A DNA stretch of 64,000 bases from Callorhinchus milii (GCF_018977255.1 NW_024704742.1:105278001-105342000), one strand, 5' to 3'. Positions 46,791-59,520 are shown, counted from the stretch's first letter. Numbers and translations are program-made. Notes: generated from the letters alone by a model not told the origin.

Positions 46791-49010
46791 CTTTTCAATT
46801 TAAAATCTCTTATGACAAGGTTTGTTTCAAATAACTGTTTGGGGAGAAGAGTGGAATCTTTCCCATTAAATCTATTTTCAATATCTTTAGGACTATACCT
46901 GTGAAGCTATGCACTTGTACATATTTGTGAAATTCATATTTTTTACTTTCATTTTTCTTGCGGTATTTTCTATTAAGTGTACAGTAAGGAAATAGTATAA
47001 AACGCAGTACGTTTCCCCAAATAAATTGTGTTTTGTATGTCAGCATCCTTTATGGCTGGATGTGAGAACAATCCATTGTACAGCTGTAGGTGCAGTGCAT
47101 CTGCTCTGGGGGTAAAGATGCAGAAATACAATGAAAGAAATATTATTCGCTGCAGGGCCACAACACTTGATGAAGCCTTTTTTTAATACAAACGGTTCAG
47201 TAAATCCGCTTTGAACATTGCTTGTATTTTCTGCTTTGAAATCTTTCGGCAACCTATTGAAGCATTGGTTGACAGACTCATTTTTTGAAAAATAATTGTC
47301 TGGTGTAAACCCATATTGGATTGCATTCATTAATCTGCCCTGAACTTTTGGACATCAGACTTGTTGGTGAAAGTCCTTGACTTGCTTGTTCCTCCCTTCA
47401 GTGTTACCTTGTTGTTAATGTAAATAACCTGTTTTTTTTCTTAATGAGGTTATTAGCTCTGGCCAATTAGAGAAATCTGTTTGTAGACTGTTATATTGAT
47501 TATCAGTAAAACTGTAATACCGTAATTATTGCTTCTATCGTTCACAATTAATTTTTGGACGGTTGGGCCCAAACCTGTACTGTGATTAATGGAAGTTATT
47601 TCTGTTTGTGTTCATAGTTCTTGCTTGTCTTTGAAATCTCCAGCAAAACGTAATGTGCTCTGAATCAGTGCGCAGCCCGGGATATATGTTAGTCTAACTG
47701 GAATATCTTAAACTGTCTAAAGCTGTTCCTTAAATAATTCAAGGACCGTTTGCCAGAATTTCCACATTTGCAACTGGTATACACATACAGTATTTTAAAA
47801 TTAATTTCTCCATTTTCTTATCCGTTTTTGAGTAAAATAACTCAACTGATGATATTTGCATCCTATAGTCATTCCACTACAGTTCAGTTTCAACAATTTC
47901 ATAGTAGATTATCGTAATGGATGGGTAGTCCAATATGAATGTGTGTTTTGTCTTCAGGGGGAATTTTCTTCTCCATGTCAGTTTTTAGGGCCATTACAAA
48001 AGAAATCTGGAAGGAAATCCTCTGGCCTATCGAACACGGGATAATCCAGAGTGACACAGACAGAGAGCACAGGCTATTTTCTTCACCACAGGCATGAGAG
48101 AAAAGTCTTACATACCTCTAGTGCTCGGCTCAAGAGTGACTTTTGGCAGAGACCTGAGAGCAGGTTGTTTGCCCACGATGACAGAAAGATACCGGAGGAA
48201 AGCTTAAAGAAAGAACAAAAACACGTGGCACACCAAAGAGGAGAAAATTACCTCATTTCTTATCTGGTTTCTTTATCGTGTTTGTTGCTGATATTCTCAC
48301 TTGTGCATCAGCTAAAACACGATGGGGGCACGAGGGCATGAGTTAAGGTTAACTGAAGCTGATCTTCGTTATGATATGTAAATGAAAGAAAATGTAACCG
48401 AGGTGAACTTAATATTCTGGAAACATTCTTTTGATGCTGGGGTCTGATTGGCAACATTTTTATATCCCCGTTCGGTCTATCAGTCAGCCAGTGTTCAAGG
48501 CGTTTGCTGTGGTGACTTCACAATCTATTTAATTAATCTAAGAGATTGTTGTCGAGATAAGGGATGCCAGAATCGGTGCGGATCACATCTAACAGTCTAA
48601 TAACTCTCCTGAATATGGAGACAGTCATCTACATAGTATCACAAAGTCCTCCTACCCTCTCCCCCACCACCCAAGCTGATATATATTTGGCCTCATCCCT
48701 CCATCCATGTTACGGAAGATTTTGCACCAAACGTGGCGACAGATCATTGTCATGAAAATGATGGCGCTCACACCGATCCCCTGGATGTCTAAACACAGTT
48801 AAACACTTGAATACAGTTGAATATAATGAAGTACCTCTACATAGAATTATTATCATTCTTCCACATGTTTCAGATGTTGGTCAGTGCACTGTAAAAAAAA
48901 CATGGAGTGAACATGACTTTGTGAGCACCTTCTTGTGGCCTCTCACTTTTGTTTAACTGCTCTCTTTGGTAGTACAATCACTGCTACAATTGGAGCACAT
49001 GCCTTACTGG

Positions 49011-49050
49011 TACATAGTAATAGTTCATAGTACATAGTAATAGTACATAG
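49011..49050. repeat. 20-bp tandem duplication
   Basis: tacatagtaatagttcatag / tacatagtaatagtacatag. Confidence 0.7.
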
Positions 49051-49079
49051 AGGAAGTTCATAGCAATTGTGCCTTTCCA

Positions 49080-50230
49080 GAACATACCCCCACCCTTCAG
49101 CCAACATTCAATGACCCTCAGAGACATCATCTTTCCCATCTTTGATTTAGTTGCTTTTGTACTCAGTTAAGTGCTTTGCTTGCTCTCTCAATAATGTTTC
49201 AAATTCCATCCTCTGTTGTGTTCCTAAAGTGTCCTTTCTACGTCTAGATCGTTCTCCTATGTTTTTCCAGTCAGTCACTGAAATCAAGTTTCCTTTAATT
49301 TTATACAATAGTACACCATGGTCCGATTTGATTGTGTCTCGTGGAACTTTTGAAAGGTGGTTTATTATATACAAAGATTATTGTTTTTTTTAAACTCCAA
49401 ATCCAAGTGCAACATTTAGTTTACGGGAGAAATTATATTCCTAACATACAAAACAATTTTGTGCTTCCAAATGTGGTTCAATGTTTTACTTCCCAAATCC
49501 TTTTTTTGCTATTTAACATGATTGGTCAGATAATTATAGACTAATTGGCTATAACTTTCTGCTTACCATTACACCTTTACTGAGACACTGAGCAGATGTG
49601 TGGAAAAATGTACAGGTGCAGAACCACAGGAAAATTTGCTCATTTAGAAATATACTCTGTGGTGTGTGTTATGTGTGTGGGGGTGGTGGTGGTTGGGGGT
49701 GGTGGGGGGTGTTAAATTGACCTTTCCAGTAATATCTATCAGGGCTAGTAATCTTTTCTACAAATCCATATTGCCATATATATAGTAAGGTCGGGGATAA
49801 AGTGAGCAAACTCTCGCTTTTCTCCCTCTTCAATCTCTGAAGCATTAGGAAGCTAATTGTTTGTGACTTCTCTCTCATCCAAATAAATTCTCTAATATAT
49901 TTATTTATTCTTTTGAAAAATGCCTTTTGGATGTGATAAGGAAACTCTTGCAAACAGGTAGTCGAGTCTTGAAATAACGTTCAATTTTATTATATCTATT
50001 CTAGCCCAAGGAAATAGAGGTACCAGATGCTATCTCTGGAGAGCAGTTTTTATCTTTGATCATATCCGCTCCTAATTTACATTTGGGATGTCTGTTAATT
50101 CTTGGGAGATTATAATTCCCAAATAATTGGCTTCTGAGCGAATAGAAAAAACTGACAGAACATGTCGAGGACCAGATTTGTTCAGTATTAACACTTTTGA
50201 TTACATCCAATTAACCTTTATACCCTGAAA
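49080..50230 (-). mobile_element. Decayed L1-clade LINE ORF2 relic
   Basis: Minus strand ~49860-50010 reads RIDIIKLNVISRLDYLF / QEFPYHIQKAFFKRINKYIREFIW, matching the L1 ORF2 motif GRINIVKMAILPK.IY.F...PIK.P..FF..L.K....FIW. Many stops and frameshifts; outer limits uncertain. Confidence 0.7.
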
Positions 50231-50623
50231 TGAATGCAAATAAATTTATGAGCTCTAAGGATCCTTACAGCCAGAATCTCTGAAACCTTTAAGATCAAAA
50301 GAATACCGTCCATGCATTAGTGAATGTGATGTTCCATGCCAGCCACTGTCAATCTGCCGATTTGCAAATATTGCCTGCAAGTAAGAGGAATGGGCATGGA
50401 ATTCCTAGTGCTTGCAGGCACTAGGAGGCACCTTGTCTTGTTTCTCAGCTGAATGAAAACAGGTTTAAAACATTACAGTTAGTTGATATAGAACTATACC
50501 CAAGCATTTGGTAAACTTTTAGTCGCTGTTGCCGCTTGACTGTTCTAAGAGGCCTCTTGACTATCTGAGCTAACATAGTCTCATATTTGCTTTTATGCTT
50601 TTGAATATACTCTTTCTGTCGAG

Positions 50624-50849
50624 CAGTGGTGGCCAACCCATGGCCCCTGGTCCAAAAGTGACCCGTGGGGCGTTGAGAAATGGGCTGCTGAACCTTCACA
50701 CCAATCTAGGTTGGTCGATACTAAATCAATATTTTGTTTCCTGCAGCTCCTGAGTCGTGATATTCATGGTGTGGCCATAAATAAATAAATAAATATTCAA
50801 TCAAGAAAAATGTATTTGGTTGGCTGACCCAAAAGGTTGGTCACCACTG
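50624..50849. mobile_element. Non-autonomous hAT (Charlie-like) MITE, 226 bp
   Basis: TIRs cagtggtggccaacc / ggttggtcaccactg (14 of 15 complementary); 8-bp TSD ctgtcgag (50616-50623) / ctgttgag (50850-50857). Confidence 0.85.
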
Positions 50850-51196
50850 CTGTTGAGACTTGGGCTCAGGGAAGCTGGTCATTTTTATCTTTCCTTTGTG
50901 TGTCTTGTGCACTTTGACAACAGTGTAGTTAACGTGCTGAAATGTTCTGCAGTGAATCCACCTTCTGCTTCCTGACCCTTGGCATCGTTTTTTGGACTTC
51001 CTATATAATTATCTAATTTGGCTCAAATTATTTGAATGTTTAATTGGAATTTAATACTAGGGAACAAAATAGCAAAAGGGAATAGATTTTAAAGTTTAAG
51101 GATATTTGGAATTAGATTGTACTTTTTGAATAGAAATTTAAGATTCTTTTATTTAAAATAAAACTCCTAGTGTTTCCTGAGCCTCTTGGTCCGTCA

Positions 51197-51425
51197 CCTG
51201 AAATTTCTCATGATCCTAGACTTGAGACCATTTAAGACAACATTTAAAGTCAGACTGAATTTTGCAAAATGGTCTCAAATTTACTTTTAATTTAGAAACC
51301 AATTTTCTGCAGTATGAAAAAGAACTATGGCAAATCAGCCTCCAATTTAAGGGTGAATTCAAAACTGTTTTCCACAACCGCTGCACAATATGATATTTAA
51401 AGCCTAACAATAGGGAATTTAGGGC
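51197..51425. mobile_element. Palindromic MITE-like element, eroded
   Basis: Ends cctgaaattt / gaatttaggg; internal tgaattcaaaactgttttccacaa matches the reverse complement of ttgtggaaaaatgttaaattca in the 9035 copy. Confidence 0.45.
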
Positions 51426-51749
51426 CTTTGTTTGTTTTAACCTATTTCATTTCTGTAAAAGCATTTAACTTGCTCTACTTCTGAATTTGAAATCAGAAGT
51501 TCTTGTTCTACATCAAGCACTCTTGAAGTTAGTACTTACCAGTGAATTACTTCCTATTTTGTTCTGCTGTTTTTAACAGCCTGTAATTCAGGTTCTGAAA
51601 ATTTGTTTCATGGTTTTGATCACTTGTTGGTGATTCCTGTACCATCATCACAGAATGACAATCGCATCCAACTCAGCTATTCCACCAGCTGAGCTGTTGC
51701 ACTAATTAATTTACTTTTAGGGGATTTATGTGAAGCTCCTAATATAATA

Positions 51750-51990
51750 CACCCTGCTGTGTTAAAGATCCCATGGGACCACTTGAAAGGAGAAGGGGAA
51801 GGATTTTCACCCAGTGTCCTGGCCAAAGGTACCCCAAATAAAATTGTTCATTCAAGTCATAGCTGTGTGTGAGGTATTGCTGTGTACAAATTTGCTGCTG
51901 TGCTCGTGTACAAAATACATAGTCACTGTACTTTTTAGTATATCTGGTCAACTGCTTTGAGACGTTCTCCTGATGTGAAAGATGCTATCT
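51750..51990 (+). mobile_element. Deu-domain SINE 3' part
   Basis: gttaaagatcccatgggaccacttgaaaggag...cccagtgtcctggcca...ttgctgtgtacaaatttgctgc...tttgagacgttctcctgatgtgaaagatgctat. Confidence 0.7.
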
Positions 51991-52069
51991 CAGAGAGTGC
52001 AAATATTTTGTTTTGTTTGTTAAATTCTAAATTTCAATTGATTCTTATTTGTGTCTAGGGGTTGGGGTT

Positions 52070-52334
52070 GGCTTCTGTTCACCCTGCAAGCCAAAGCCCT
52101 AATGGGTAGGGTGGTCCTAGCTGGACAGGCAGGGGGAAACTTGCCAGAGAGTTCTCTCGATGACAAGCTGTGCAGTTTTATCTGGTTAAACCCCAGCAGT
52201 GCCTAAACACACACACTGGGGCCTCCCTTGTTTCTTGTCAACCTGTGCCTAATGGTCTCTGAAATTCAGTAAGCAGAGTGCTTCCCTCCAGGGAAAGAGC
52301 ATGCATTCCATTCCAAACATGGGGAAATTTCCAT
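52070..52334 (+). repeat. Unclassified dispersed repeat, copy 1
   Basis: Colinear with 60301-60561; shared blocks caagcca, gggtggtcc, gctggaca, ttaaaccccagcagt, ccctccaggga, atttccat. Confidence 0.75.
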
Positions 52335-52504
52335 GTGTAGATGGTATACATATGTGTAACTCTATCTGGTTTGGATGCTCTTAAGCCTGGTGATGCATGT
52401 TTCTGCCACCCGGCTGACCAAAATATGTTAAGTATTCCAGAGACGTCTTCAGTGATATGGCATACGTTATTGCATATAGATTCTTAACTGGCCATGAAAC
52501 TGCT

Positions 52505-52845
52505 ATTGATATAGCACCTTATCACGGTGTTGAAATATTTCAAAGCCCTACACAGGATTTAATATAACGTTTAGTAATTGTGTATTTGTTGGCAAACTCG
52601 AACAGTCAATTTACGCATAGCAATGTCCCACAAACAGCCATGAAGTGAATGGCCAATTTTGTTTGGGAAATTGTTAGCCAAAAACACCAAAAGAAACTCC
52701 CTTCTCTTTTCAAATAGTTTCATGAGATCTTTAACGTGCATCTGACCAAGTAGCTGGGACCTCAGTTTGACGTGTCATCATAAGGTCGGCACCTCCACCA
52801 ATGCAACGCACGCCCAACTCCGCACCGGAGTGTCAACCTAGACAT
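52505..52845 (-). mobile_element. Deu-domain SINE
   Basis: gatatagcaccttatcac...caatgtcccacaaacagcc...catgagatctttaacgtgcatctgac...cggcacctccaccaatgca...ggagtgtcaacctaga. Confidence 0.75.
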
Positions 52846-54194
52846 TATCTGCCATCTGCTTAGTTTTCAAAGTTTAAATGTAGAGCTTTGGGCTCTGCAA
52901 CCCTGCAGCTGAATCTGTGTCCAAGGCAGCTGGAAGTCATGTTGAGTGTGGGGAGAGGGGTAGGTGTACATTGGGTTGGGAAGAAAGAAAACAGCATAGA
53001 CTTTAGCCTATGTTAACGTGGGTTCTTTGGCTGACTTAGAGTTAATCAGCCAGCTTTTGTTTTGTTACTTGAATACAGTTTGTCACATTTTCCATTTGTC
53101 CTGCAGTATTACTGCTTATTCTTCAGCTTTATTGTGACATGATTAAAATACCAGAAGGAACACCTTCCCATTAAACATCTGTCGCTGTGTTCTGCTGCCC
53201 TGTAGATTATAGAGTTGAACACACCATTGTTTCAGCAGGGTTATTGGATGAGTTCTGTAGGGAATGTTTCTAAAACTTTCACTGCAATATCAGTCTTGAG
53301 AAACATTCAACTGGCCAATAAACAAAGGTTAGTAAGCATTTGGCTTGGGCTCTTAATAAAATAGCTGGCATACTTAGTTTCAGTAAATTACACTCTATCT
53401 GAGAGGTGCATTGAAATACCTCGATGATGTAATAAGGTCCTGTACCAAATGCAAGTATTATTATTGTGCAATCACAATTTTGTTCACTTTTATGTAGAAT
53501 ATTGTTGTTCAATACTGACTTACTGCTCTGTTGTATATATCAGTCACATGATTGTCATTATGTGGCGCTATATCAAATGCAAGGATTATTATTTTTATTG
53601 TGTGCCATTTATTTCTAAACGTATTAAGGTATGGAAAAGGTATAATGTATATTTTCAATGTTTTTACAGATTAAGAATTGGAGCAAAACACTTGAATATT
53701 GTGAATCAAACTGATGCACTTTAATCACATCACACATTTAAGTGCTCCTTGTGTTATAGCAAACTTGAAAAATTGAAGATTTTAATTTTTGATTTATTTT
53801 GGTACTGCATAACTTGTTGCAGGTCTGAAAATGATTAACCAGTGATTGCACTTACAATAAAAAAAAGTTCATAGTAATGTACTCTGGCATTGTGTATAAT
53901 GGCTGTATTACCCTGTGTGAAGGGCGCTATATATATGAGAGTTTTATTTTATCCATTCTATTCATAATAGAAGGCAATCATTGATCGGTGCCTAACAGAG
54001 TCATAATTTTATCAGCATATAATTTATATAGTCACTCATATGACCAATTGCCTAACAGTCAATTGACATTCCATCATAGACATCATAGAAAGGAGACTTA
54101 TCATGTAAATGGAATAATCTACCATTACAGAGGAATAGGATCATAATGTGCTGGTTCAGGTCCGTAAACTCAAACATCTCATCACTGTAAAAAA

Positions 54195-54480
54195 AAAGGC
54201 CAAACTGGCTGCCCGGCATCACTTCCTGTATGTTTTACATGCGTCTGGTGTACAAGAAGCATTTCCTGGAAAATGTCCACCACTGTCATTCATGTCACCC
54301 ATACACCTGACTTCCCATGCTTAAAAAAATGCCTGACTTGCAGGTTGTCAGAATGCTGCAAGTATTCTTTTCTGTGCGCTGTGCGTGCATATGCATACAT
54401 GACGTTGGTGACTGGACAACCAGGAAGCCAGACATTTTTAGTGCGAGAAGTCGACCAGAAGTCGGCCCAAAACCAATCTT
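54195..54480. mobile_element. Fold-back (palindromic) element
   Basis: Concentric inverted repeats about ~54347: acttgcag/ctgcaagt, ttcctgg..tgtcca/tggaca..ccaggaa, gtctgg/ccagac. Confidence 0.5.
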
Positions 54481-54619
54481 CATTATAAGTGAAGCCACTG
54501 TCTAATGGGTTTCAACTGTATAACTATATATAACTATATAATAAACCAGCAAGATAGTGCACAATTGATGTACATGAGTACACATAATACTTCGTAATTG
54601 TCACATATTCAGAAAGCAT

Positions 54620-55030
54620 AAAAGAAACTACTTAGAAATGTTCAGCACAGAAGGGAACCATTTGCCCCATTGTGTCTGTAACACTGCAATCTGTTTTCCT
54701 AAGTTTTCTGATAATACCCCCTCCCCTTTCCAGTTATCTCCCCATATACCTTAATGTTTTCACTGCTTATCTAGTTCCCTTTTGAACAATGCTGTACAAT
54801 TGATCCAGCCTCAATAACCATTATAGGAACAAATTCCATATGTAAAAATCCTCTGAGAGAAGAAATTCTTTCTAACCTCTAATTTTTCTGCTTTCAATCC
54901 TGACACTATGCCCCCTTGCTCATAATTTCCCAACAAAAGAAATACATTTTCTCTATTTGCCTTGTCCTACTCCTTTACAATTTTGGACCATAATCTCCTT
55001 CTCAATCTCCTCTGCTCTATTGGTAAAAAC
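54620..55030 (-). mobile_element. CR1 LINE 3' fragment
   Basis: tagaaatgttcagcacagaagggaaccatttgccccattgtgtctgt...aaattccat...ctctgagagaagaaattctttctaacctc...ctatgcccccttg. Confidence 0.7.
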
Positions 55031-55049
55031 CCCTGTTTAGCCAGCCTTT

Positions 55050-55320
55050 CTTGATGGTATAATTGGCCAGCTTATCAGGGGATAAAGTCAACTAGAGTTT
55101 CTGCTCCTGATGACTATCCAGTGACACAAACCTGGAAATGTCACATATCGACCTTGGGGTGTGGAATAGTTCAGGTGGACTGATATCTCAATTACTGGAT
55201 AAAGTATCAACACTCAGTATGAGTTCACATGTAAAAAATGGTCACTTGAGTGAAATACTGGAGGGTTTCTGGTCATAAGAAACTGTAAATAATCACTCAG
55301 TGCTTTGAGGAGAATACAAA
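55050..55320 (+). mobile_element. Old SINE family B fragment
   Basis: gtttctgctcctgatgactatccagtgac...ctggaaatg...gttcacatgtaaaaaatggtcacttgagtgaaatactggaggg. Confidence 0.5.
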
Positions 55321-57804
55321 AGAAAAGAATATTTAATTGGGACTGATGATGTAGAACATCATTCCTCTGTGGACATTTTTCCTCTGTGACTATTCAGTCC
55401 AATAATGGCTCCTGAAAATCTGAGTGAATTTGCCAGTTCTCAATCCCAGATGAGATGAACGATGGGAAAATGGGTCAGATTCATAGTAGAATTTTGTGTA
55501 CAAGGATTAACTTTTGGTGCTAGAACTGTTGTGTGTGATTCCACTGTTCATTGCACATTCAGTCTTCAGAATAGTGTAGTTAGAATAAAAGTTAACCACT
55601 TTCTGAAGGAGAGATTGATACATTTCCCAAGGCAAAGATAACAGTAATCTTGGAAGTTGAGGAAAAGACATGGAATGGGACACAGTAGTGAAAATAGAGA
55701 AGTTTTATTAAACACATAAAAAAATGTTTAAAGCCTCTAATTGTATACCGGATCAACTAATCAAAGGTCATTTTTTTTCCTTTTTTGTTTTGGGACTAGG
55801 GCTGGAAATAATCAAAATTGGCAATGAATCAATAGCATGCCCAAAGTCTAGTTGGAGTGATTGAACAGTAATGTCACAGTTGGACTGAAATGGTTTGATG
55901 ATGTGTTTAAAATTTTACCAGCCTGCTATTTCATTAGAAGTTACTGTATGGTTGAGTGCTCAATGCTCTTGAGTTAGATTTAGAAGTTCAGCAGCATCTT
56001 TAACTATCTCTACCAGAGCTTTTTGTTCTGCTTGTAGAAAATAACTAGATTGTCTAAAGGCTAGGCAATGGGAGCCATTTTAATTACAAATAGGTTACGT
56101 AACCCCTGATGCTGATCATCGACTGACATGTTTGATGATCAAAGGCAGGGTTTATTTCGGAGGTTCACTCAGTTGACGTTCAGCTAGCAGTTCAACATGG
56201 TAGTCTTTTTATTGAGAATCTAAAGCAAGCCGGGGTCAATGTTGAAGCATTACAAAGAGCGATTAGCGTACATAGCAGCCATGTAAAGATTATTGCATTG
56301 GTTCTGTGTATAATGAATGTGATCACTGCACATGTAAATTCAGAACAGATATGGCAAACTTTATAAAAGCTTGTGATTTTGTCATTTCTCTTTGAGCTCA
56401 CTTGTGTGAACAAAGAAGGGATATAACTCTGATCTCTTTGTTCATCAGTGGCTTCACAGCATCAGCAAAGCTTAAATAAATCAAATGGACAGATTCTGGT
56501 TCAGGGGAGTAGAGGGAAATGTGTTTGGCACCGAGACAGGAAAGAGAAGAAAATGACTATTGTTTGAGCGGGTCCAACAAAAGAACTTCTGATGATGGGT
56601 TGAACTGGGTAGAGTGAATGACTTATTCTCATTCATGTTTTTTCTGAATTTTCTTGCTTTGCGCATTTGGGTTTAGTTTGATGAAATCAAGAAAGTGGCA
56701 ATAGCATCCATGGCAATTTCAGCCAAAACAGATTAGTATGTAGTGTGTGTAGGGGGTAAAATGTAAAATCTGCACCCTTAAAAATTTTAAACAGCTAAAT
56801 CTCATTCTGCCTCACTAAGTGCCCACAAGTGCACTTTCCAGCAGGGGCCACTATACAGCATAGAATCCAGGAATAATTATTTTCTCCTTCACTCCACATT
56901 GCTGCAATCCCAATAGCCTTGGCTAAGATCAACCAATTCAGCGTAGGGCTGCAATCAAAATTGGGACCTTTGAGGTTCTTTATAGTTTTACTCTTGGCAG
57001 TCGCTGGGAAAGCTGCCTGACTGTTATGTGAAAACGTACATATTTGATGACTGCTATTCCTGAGTTGAAGACCGTTCAGTATCCTGGTAGGCATCTTGTC
57101 TGTCGTGTAAAGAAATTGTCAGCAATACTGAATCTTCTATAAATATTGAATTCACCTTGTTGCTGGTTTCTATCCCATAAAAAGACTATTGTGTAGAGCT
57201 GAACAATAACTGAATTGTTCTATCTAGCTGAGGGGCTAAATCAGCACTGTGTCTTACTTATTAATGAGAGAAATATTATTTTGCTTATTTTTAAGCGTGT
57301 GAAAGAGGTTCTTTATCAGTCTGAAGAGCATGTGCTGTGAAAGAAGCTTTTAAAGCAGATCAGGAGCTGATTATGAAACAATTGTTAGTTTGTCAGCAGT
57401 TTGCTCACAAACAAACATCCTTTGCCAGGTATAGTGAATCATGCAGCTGTATTGTGGTCATGCAGCTTGCAGCCAGCCATTCATCAGAACTGTGGCCATC
57501 AGGCTGGAGAGTGAGAGCCAAGTTACAGTAGACCAAGGAAATAAATGAATCAGGATGAAAATACCGCAAGTCAAAAACTACAAACACAAGGAACAGCTAA
57601 TTGGTTAGTAACAGATTGTAATATACTGGAATGATGTTAAATGCTTTGCTGTATACAGTGAGAGTCAGAAATGCAGTCATTAGTGTGATAAAGGCAGAGG
57701 ATATTCCTGCAAGTTGGATGCATGACATTTGACTTGGACTTCTGGAACTTAAATTTGGTTGGCATGCCATAAGCTACTACTGTATATACAACAACATGCC
57801 ATAA

Positions 57805-57970
57805 AACTACTGCTGTGTGCAAACGGCTGCCACATTTTGTCCACAAAATATCCAGTCAATTCACTTTACAGTATATTCTGTGAAATGCTTTGAGACGCCT
57901 CAACAATGTGCTAATATGCTAAATCAAATGCAAGGATTCTTAATTATTATTATTAATTATTATTATTGTT
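57805..57970 (+). mobile_element. SINE family A 3' fragment with (ATT)n tail
   Basis: tgctgtgtgcaaacggctgccac...cagtcaattcactttacagtatattctgtgaa...aaatgcaaggatt. Confidence 0.75.
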
Positions 57971-58924
57971 ATAAGATACCAAGCAAAGGTCTCCGCCATA
58001 TTGAATGTGACATTTGTCAAAGCTGATGAGGAAACTCTGGAGGCTCAGACTGTTGAGCCTCCAGAGTATTACCTGGTATTGTGAGCATGCACTCTGAGTT
58101 TGGGGTTTCAGTGGTTTCTCTGATTGGTATCTTGAGTGCAAAGCAAAAACTGCTGAAGCTTTGCATCTCAATCTGGTAAATCACCTTTCAGTGAGTTATA
58201 GTGTGTCTTGGCTATGGTCGGGATGATGGCAATGCACTCACAACACTTTTTTTTGCGGTGATTCAATAACTGATTTGCAGGACCTGAGTGTAATGACCCA
58301 GTGATTACCCAGCATATCACTAAGTATGGAATTCTTTCCACTCAGCTCCCGAAAACCCTGCAACTCAGCAAATTAAAGGGTTTCTGAGCTTGACGAGCAA
58401 TCAGAAAGTTAACAGTGCAAGGAAAGCCAAGGTATTTCAAACAACTTCAGACACAGGGAGATAATGATCTCAGTCAGGTTGTCTGAAGGAATGGAAAATC
58501 ACTCGATGTTTCAAAAGACAAAAACAATACAACCTCTTGCAGTTGGTGTCCCCGATACGGAATTGGTCACTTGGTCAAACTCTGGGTGTGTGTGGCTGTG
58601 ATGCAGGGGAAACAATTGGCAGAAAATCACTTCACAAACTGGTTTTATTTATAAAGATAATGTTTTTACTGTACTGTGCATTAATGTTCATTAGCTTAGG
58701 AACGCCCAGTGCTTTGGGATCTCCTCCTGATGTGAAAGGCCCAATACAAATATAAGCTGTTGTACTGTAGAGGACATGATCTTAAAATTGGAGCTAAAAC
58801 CAGTTTAGAATGAAATCAGCAAACTTATTTTCAGGCAGAATGTTGTGGAATTGTGGAATTCACTACCCTAAAAGGTTGTTGTAAAATGTTACTGGTTCAA
58901 TTGAAATATTTAAACGGGAGATGA

Positions 58925-59520
58925 ATGATAATGCTTGCATTTGATTGATCACATCTTTTAAGACAACAACATTACATTTATAGACGTCCCAAAGCTCTGA
59001 ACAGTCAGGTGTTGGGGCCTGAGCATGGGGGTGGGGTGGTGTAGGGGTGAGGGAAGGCAGAGAGGTGGGAGGGAGACCAAAGGCACGATCAAAGAGAAAT
59101 GTCTTGAGACCGGCCTTGAAGGAGGCAAGGGAGGAAGTGAAGCGAAGGGACCGTGGGATGGAGTTCCAGAGTGTGGGAGCAGAGAGGCTGAAAGCCCGGC
59201 CACTGATGGTAGGGCGGGTCGGGTGGGAGACATGGAGCAGGCCGGAGATGTCTCAAAGCTCTTCAAAGAATGTACTGTAAAGTGAATTGAGTGTATATTT
59301 TATGGGCGAAAGGTGGCAGCACAGAAGTGTCCCATAAACAGTCGTCGATTGAATGACCAAATTATTATTTTTTGAAGTGATTATTACCCCCGAAAAAGTG
59401 ATCCGCCAATTGACAACTAGGTTCCTACTTACTGCTTGGTAAACAGAGGCATGTGGAGTAACATTTTGCCCTGCCCGGGAATCAAACCCACATCCTCTTG
59501 TTTGAGAGGCTACAGGACTC
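58925..59520 (-). mobile_element. SINE family A (long form), interrupted by an L2 fragment
   Basis: Tail gataatgcttgcatttgat..atcacatc at 58927-58957; resumes gagatgtctcaaagctcttc at ~59245 and ends gctacaggactc. Confidence 0.8.
58963..59245 (-). mobile_element. L2-clade LINE 3' fragment
   Basis: acaacaacattacatttata...aaagagaaatgtcttgagaccggccttgaaggagg...gagttccagagtgtgggagcagagaggctgaaagcccggccact; minus strand gives GRAFSLSAPTLWNSIP. Confidence 0.8.
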
